A DNA stretch of 64,000 bases, taken from contig CAZHRT010000002.1 of NCBI GenBank assembly GCA_964534665.1, positions 42,231 through 106,230 on the forward strand, in the 5' to 3' direction. The translations under genes and the position numbers were made by a program. This document shows positions 59,268 to 64,000 of the stretch, in pieces. This stretch comes from an uncultured Methanosarcinales archaeon (GTDB taxonomy: Archaea > Nanobdellota > Nanobdellia > Woesearchaeales > JAHJBD01). Below the pieces are notes generated by a model. The model worked only from the letters and a program-made list of their open reading frames with translations. It did not search any database and was not told the origin of the DNA. Numbering within the stretch: the stretch's first letter is position 1; every line of letters starts with the position of its first letter.

Positions 59268-59816
59268 ATGGTATTCATAAAAGGATCCCTAGAAAGTATG
59301 GTCAGAGAAGTAAATGCAGACCTGTCTTCTCCAATTATTGATCAAATTGTAGGTTATGGCGTAGATACTTTTGAAAGAGTACATTCTGATTATATTGAAA
59401 GATTAAGAGAACATATATTTAATAGAAAAGATATTGAAGCGCTAAAGTGCGATTCTGATTTTTCAAATATTGTTCCAGAACTTGATGTGGAAATGTCTGT
59501 TGTGGATATGCTTCTGGAAAATGCCCACTATAGAGGGTATTTAGGTGATTCTTCAAAACAAATTACAATGAAATATTATTTTGGTAAAGAAGGGGTTGTA
59601 ATTCAAGTTATTGATCAAGGAGTTGGTTTTGATGCTCAAAAAGTAATTAATGCTTTTGAACAACAAGCTCAAAATAAAGGAGAACATTACCAAGATAATG
59701 GGTGGGCTATGCGAACATTGCTAAAACCAGAATTTCATGTTAATATTCAGAGTTCAACCGATAAACCAACAGGAACTACAGTAACGCTCATGTATAAATA
59801 TCAACATTTAAAATAA
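59268..59816 (+). CDS. hypothetical protein (weak GHKL/Bergerat-fold ATPase-like motif)
   Basis: VVIQVIDQGVGFD resembles HATPase DxGxG box; weak. Confidence 0.3.
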   Translation: MVFIKGSLESMVREVNADLSSPIIDQIVGYGVDTFERVHSDYIERLREHIFNRKDIEALKCDSDFSNIVPELDVEMSVVDMLLENAHYRGYLGDSSKQITMKYYFGKEGVVIQVIDQGVGFDAQKVINAFEQQAQNKGEHYQDNGWAMRTLLKPEFHVNIQSSTDKPTGTTVTLMYKYQHLK

Positions 59817-59834
59817 TTTTTTAAAAAATCACAA

Positions 59835-60470
59835 TCACTCAAGAACCTTTATAGCAACAGTACTAGCACTTTTTCTGCCAATTATTGGACCATCAATAAC
59901 TTTAAATCCAGCTCCCACCATATTGGCTCTAATCCATTTTGCACAAGAATAAGTTGTTAACCTGCCACCAACTTTAAGCACTCTAAAACATTCTTTGAAT
60001 ATCTCTAAAGACCACATTTCTTTATGTTTACCTGGACTAAATGGATCAAATAATACAGCATTAAAAGAATCACTAGGTAATCTTTTTATTTCTTCTTCAG
60101 CATCACCAACAATAATGTTAATTTTTTCATCATTTGTTTTATTAATAGTATTAAGTACAGCTTTTCGTACCATTTCATTTTGAAGAGCGTATTCAACAGG
60201 CACATCATTTGTTAGTATTTCTTTTAGTATTCCTATATCAAGCTCTATTCCAGTTACTTTAATATTCTCACAGATTTTTAACGCAGCTAAAGTATTATAA
60301 CCAAGTCCAAAACAAAAATCAAGAACTTGATCTCCATCTTTAAGATTAACAGGTTCTGCATACTTAACACGTGCTTCCTCAATAGCCCCAATAAACTTAC
60401 AATGATACCATTCATCATACTTCTCGCTATAGTAAGTAAATGAACCATCCCTTGTTTCAATTTTTTCCAT
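59835..60470 (-). CDS. SAM-dependent methyltransferase, MnmC-C-terminal-domain-like (DUF752)
   Basis: TRDGSFTYYSEKYDEWYH...GAIEEA and motif I VLDFCFGLGYN. Confidence 0.45.
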   Translation of the reverse strand: MEKIETRDGSFTYYSEKYDEWYHCKFIGAIEEARVKYAEPVNLKDGDQVLDFCFGLGYNTLAALKICENIKVTGIELDIGILKEILTNDVPVEYALQNEMVRKAVLNTINKTNDEKINIIVGDAEEEIKRLPSDSFNAVLFDPFSPGKHKEMWSLEIFKECFRVLKVGGRLTTYSCAKWIRANMVGAGFKVIDGPIIGRKSASTVAIKVLE

Positions 60471-60546
60471 AATGAATAAGAAATATCTGGATTTTAAAAG
60501 TGTTTGTTTTAAATATATTTTATTATGATAAGAAAAAAAGAAAAAG

Positions 60547-60864
60547 TTACTTTAATTTAAGTTCTTCTGATAGTATTCTCTCAGTTACGCCCCTCATTAA
60601 TTTTACAAGGTTCCTTGCTTCATCAATCCACCCATCAACTTCTGACTTATGTGCAGCCCATGTTTCATGACTTTGTACATAATCATGAATTTTATCAATC
60701 AAAGTAATGTACTCAGAATTGTATCTAAAAAGAATATTAATATCACTATTAACATTGTGGTCCTCTGCTAAATGTGTTTCTATAGTCTGTTTTCCTTTTT
60801 TCCATTCTTTATCACTATTTAATAATTTTTTTGCATCACCTAATGTTTTATGAAATATTACCAT
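60547..60864 (-). CDS. hypothetical protein
   Basis: 105 aa. Confidence 0.3.
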   Translation of the reverse strand: MVIFHKTLGDAKKLLNSDKEWKKGKQTIETHLAEDHNVNSDINILFRYNSEYITLIDKIHDYVQSHETWAAHKSEVDGWIDEARNLVKLMRGVTERILSEELKLK

Positions 60865-60981
60865 TTTTATTAACCTCCTTAAATAGTTATAAAATAAATT
60901 AACTACTATTTAATTTTTCCTTTTTTCTTAAACTAATTTAAGATAATTAAATATTTAAATAACTATTACTTCTCTATAAAC

Positions 60982-61365
60982 ATGGCAAAAGAAACTAATC
61001 AAAGAACACCTCTAAATAAAGTAATATTCTATTCTGTATCATCAGGAGATGAAAGTACTGCTATTGAATATCACTCTCATGGAATTGATGAAGCAACAGC
61101 TTTGAGACGTCGTCCTACTTCAAAATCAGTAGAAATAATACCCGGGTTTATTGATGATACAGTAGAAGGAGAACCTGTTTTTGAATATGTAATGGAAGGT
61201 GAAAGATTAATAAGGGATAGAATGGGAGCTTTAGGATCTCTCCCTGTAATGGTAACTGATATGTTAGCAAGAGAAGCAGCATTACTTGCAATACGTTTAG
61301 AAGTAGACCCATTAGCAGATATAACACAATACGGATACACTACTCATTATTGGCATCCAGAATAA
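60982..61365 (+). CDS. hypothetical protein
   Basis: 127 aa, atypical composition. Confidence 0.3.
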   Translation: MAKETNQRTPLNKVIFYSVSSGDESTAIEYHSHGIDEATALRRRPTSKSVEIIPGFIDDTVEGEPVFEYVMEGERLIRDRMGALGSLPVMVTDMLAREAALLAIRLEVDPLADITQYGYTTHYWHPE

Positions 61366-61412
61366 TTTTAATAAAAGTTACATAATAATATTATAACTTA
61401 GGAAACAAGATA

Positions 61413-61682
61413 TTACTTTTTCTTTTTTCCAGATTTATTTAATTTTTTATCTAAATGTGACCTAACAAATGAATATTTTTCTAGAAATAAAAGAAATAAT
61501 ACGAATAAAATAATAAATAATGCAATCAGAGTAAAATCTCTATTTTCAGTCTTAAAAATAATATCCATAACATCTCGTGATATAATTATTATTGAAACAA
61601 TTAGTCCACCTATTATAGAAAGATAAAGAGATTTTGCATCTTCTGGATATCTTGGTACCTTCATATTCTTAAATAAATTCAT
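61413..61682 (-). CDS. small membrane protein
   Basis: 89 aa, 2 TM, C-terminal KKKK. Confidence 0.3.
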   Translation of the reverse strand: MNLFKNMKVPRYPEDAKSLYLSIIGGLIVSIIIISRDVMDIIFKTENRDFTLIALFIILFVLFLLFLEKYSFVRSHLDKKLNKSGKKKK

Positions 61683-61808
61683 TCAAATTAATATAATTTT
61701 TGGTTTTATTGTTAATGGGTGTTATTTGACATCTATATTAAACTAAATTAGATATTTCTTAAAATAGGATTTATATGAAGACAGTTTTAAATATGGGTCA
61801 ATTATATA

Positions 61809-62225
61809 ATGCCTATGTTAAATATAAATTCAATATTTCAATGGACACATAAATGTTATATTCAAGCAAAGAAAGATCATACTTCTGTATGTACTAGTCG
61901 GTCTCAACTATTATTTCTTGCATTTAAAAATATTGGATATAAACCAAATTTGTTACGATATAAAGTTAATGATAATATTAATAATGATAATAATTTAAAA
62001 TTAATTTCTGGTGAGAGGTTTATTTCTCATGTAGTAGTTGAATTAAATAAAATCATATATGATTCAAATTTACAAGTAACTTATTTGAAAGAAGAATACG
62101 ATAAAGAAATAAATAAGATTAATTCTAAAGAAGTTATTTCAAAGATATATCCCATTAAAATACATAAAGAAGAATTAAGGGATATTTGTGATAAGTGTGG
62201 TTTGCCTTCTTTCTTTAAACCATAG
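61809..62225 (+). CDS. hypothetical protein
   Basis: 138 aa. Confidence 0.3.
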   Translation: MPMLNINSIFQWTHKCYIQAKKDHTSVCTSRSQLLFLAFKNIGYKPNLLRYKVNDNINNDNNLKLISGERFISHVVVELNKIIYDSNLQVTYLKEEYDKEINKINSKEVISKIYPIKIHKEELRDICDKCGLPSFFKP

Positions 62226-62409
62226 TGAGCAAGATATTCAATCAATCTTTAAGAGATTTGAACTTGAAGTGAAAGATTCAGAAGACCCTTTTCTAAAAGG
62301 TTGTAATCTTCCATACGGAGAACCATAATTTATTTATTGTCAATAAATAGAAAATTTTATATCTACCTTACCTTTACTATATTATAATAATAGTTAAGAT
62401 GGTAAAGGA

Positions 62410-63462
62410 ATGAGTTTCTTAAAAGAATTGAAAACAATATTAATCATTACTTTAATAGGTTATATAGTTTCAAAATTAATTATGGCTGCAGGATTTAAAA
62501 TTCTAGGTGCAATAAGTTATATTGTTGTAGTAGTAATTCTAATGTTATATAGTTCAATAAGTAATATTAGAAAAAATTACCATCTACCTGCACATTATTT
62601 ACGTAATCTTATAACCATTATTTTGATTGTCTTTTTTTATTTTTCACTTGTATTCTACATGATTCCTATAAATGGTAACAATTATATTGAAGTGAATGGT
62701 AATGCTACTAATTTAACTTTTGCTGAAGCAGCATATTTCTCAGCTGTTACTTTAACTACATTAGGTTATGGGGATATGGCACCCCATGGATTTTTTAGGG
62801 CGTTTTCTGCTGTAGAAGCAATTTTGGGTTTGGTATTTTTAGGTTTATTTGTTTCAGGGATTAATTTGTTGTTAAAAAAACAAGGCGGAAATTTTGTAGT
62901 AAAAAATAAAATAATAACTCCTATTGAGGTAAAAAAAGGTTTTTTTGAAAAAAATAAATCCATTATTCAAGGAATTTCTAGTATTATTCAGGCCGTTACC
63001 GTAATAATATTAGTTATTGTAACGATTTTTTATGCAGTTTCTACTAAAAATATGGCAAATGTCATGATTGATGAATTTGAATTGTCCAAAAAACCTTATT
63101 TGAAGATAAATGATATAAACCTAGAAGAAAATTCCAATAATAGCATTCTCAATATCTTACTAGCTAACGTAGGTAACGTTCCAATTTTAATTGATAGGTT
63201 GGAGACTAATATCTTTGGAAGTGATCTTCCGTCTAGGGAATCGCTAGTTATAACAGAATTAGGACCTGGCCAAATAGGGAATTATAAATCAACGTTATTG
63301 TTTTATAAGATGGGTAAAGGACAATTAATTAGAATTAAGGCTTTTTATACAAATGCCCTATATAATGAACAGGAATACTGTCATGAATCAATAGCAGCTT
63401 ATAAATATGGGAAACTAATTCTAATTTCTTCAAAATCATGTGATCTTATTTTACAAGATTAA
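62410..63462 (+). CDS. potassium channel (2-TM pore type) with C-terminal soluble domain
   Basis: selectivity filter TLTTLGYGD between two TM helices. Confidence 0.7.
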   Translation: MSFLKELKTILIITLIGYIVSKLIMAAGFKILGAISYIVVVVILMLYSSISNIRKNYHLPAHYLRNLITIILIVFFYFSLVFYMIPINGNNYIEVNGNATNLTFAEAAYFSAVTLTTLGYGDMAPHGFFRAFSAVEAILGLVFLGLFVSGINLLLKKQGGNFVVKNKIITPIEVKKGFFEKNKSIIQGISSIIQAVTVIILVIVTIFYAVSTKNMANVMIDEFELSKKPYLKINDINLEENSNNSILNILLANVGNVPILIDRLETNIFGSDLPSRESLVITELGPGQIGNYKSTLLFYKMGKGQLIRIKAFYTNALYNEQEYCHESIAAYKYGKLILISSKSCDLILQD

Positions 63463-63594
63463 TATTAATTTAGTATAAATATTTAATATTTATAGTAAAA
63501 TCTTTAGGCTTTAGCTGTTTAATGCCTTATATCAAACAAAGCATCCCAATTAACAAACTAACCCTTAAATACCAACAACACTTTCTAAACTAAA

Positions 63595-64000
63595 ATGAAA
63601 CTACTCTTACACGTGTGCTGTGCACCTTGTTCAACTCACGCAATTGAAACAGTGATGAAAGATTATGAAGTAACTTTACTATTTTCTAATTCAAACATTT
63701 CACCAAAAGAAGAATATGATAAACGTCTAGAACAAGCAAGAAAAATAGCTAAAATATACAAATTAAAATTAATTGAAGATGATTATAACCATGAAGCTTG
63801 GTTAAAATATATCAAAGGGTTTGAACAAGAACCAGAAGGTAAATTAAGGTGTGAAAAATGCTTTGAATTCAACCTTAAACAAACTAATAACTTTGCAAAA
63901 GACTTTGACTACTTCACTACTACATTAACTATCTCACCACATAAAGATTCTACTAAGATTTTTAAAGTGGGCAAAACTACTAGTAATAAGTTCTTAGAAA
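63595..64000 (+). CDS. queH: partial CDS: epoxyqueuosine reductase QueH (DUF208), N-terminal part
   Basis: MKLLLHVCCAPCSTHAIE N-terminal Cys motif; runs off window end. Confidence 0.55.
   Translation, partial: MKLLLHVCCAPCSTHAIETVMKDYEVTLLFSNSNISPKEEYDKRLEQARKIAKIYKLKLIEDDYNHEAWLKYIKGFEQEPEGKLRCEKCFEFNLKQTNNFAKDFDYFTTTLTISPHKDSTKIFKVGKTTSNKFLE

Noticed and set aside
59995-62963. ORFs 59995..60183(+), 61077..61340(-), 62766..62963(-)
   Set aside because: Antisense to the methyltransferase, the 60982..61365 ORF and the K+ channel gene respectively.

Overview
Strongly AT-rich window from what looks like a small-genome archaeon. The archaeal call rests on ribosomal protein S3Ae, a class-I archaeal CCA-adding enzyme, a CarS-like CTP-transferase, SepF, ZPR1, consistent GAGGTGA Shine-Dalgarno motifs, ATGA/GTGA start-stop overlaps and T-tract terminators. 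I cannot assign the lineage more precisely.

Recognisable content, in order along the window:
- A partial caspase-fold peptidase gene at the window start.
- gyrB, rps3ae, a ParA-like ATPase with upstream direct repeats, and a cold-shock protein.
- A ZIP metal transporter.
- A 7-gene minus-strand operon built around a ChlI/MoxR AAA+ ATPase and a vWA protein, with a metallophosphoesterase and four unknowns.
- A CarS-like CTP-transferase, a sugar nucleotidyltransferase and cca.
- A Ski2-like helicase.
- An oxidative pentose-phosphate operon (gnd-pgl-zwf), with a transaldolase gene nearby.
- A thiol/redox cluster (about 23.1-28.1 kb) of extracytoplasmic proteins: rubredoxin-FTR-like reductase, thioredoxin-like lipoprotein, CcdA, radical-SAM/SPASM enzyme followed by a 19-aa Cys/Gly peptide, Mo-oxidoreductase-like lipoprotein, cytochrome-b5-like lipoprotein and a 47-aa Cys-rich peptide.
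- A UPF0182-like giant membrane protein.
- An 8-gene minus-strand operon of compositionally atypical proteins (32.8-40.9 kb). Its only recognisable member is a tandem-domain ThiF/MoeB/E1-like enzyme (degenerate domain followed by intact adenylation domain).
- metA.
- An oxidative-stress island (nitroreductase, peroxiredoxin, glutaredoxin-like protein, trxB, ferritin, superoxide reductase).
- sepF, a ZPR1-type zinc-finger protein, DtxR-feoAB.
- [FeFe]-hydrogenase maturases hydG-hydE-hydF with no hydA in the window.
- A GC-enriched, hairpin-rich ~300-nt intergenic island that is a candidate structured RNA.
- pspC, yhhQ, a K+ channel and a partial queH at the window end.

Several Cys-rich micro-ORFs with good SD sites are scattered through the window. 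I found no tRNA, rRNA, CRISPR array or transposase.

All calls come from reading motifs by eye and from the supplied ORF track. No database searches were run.
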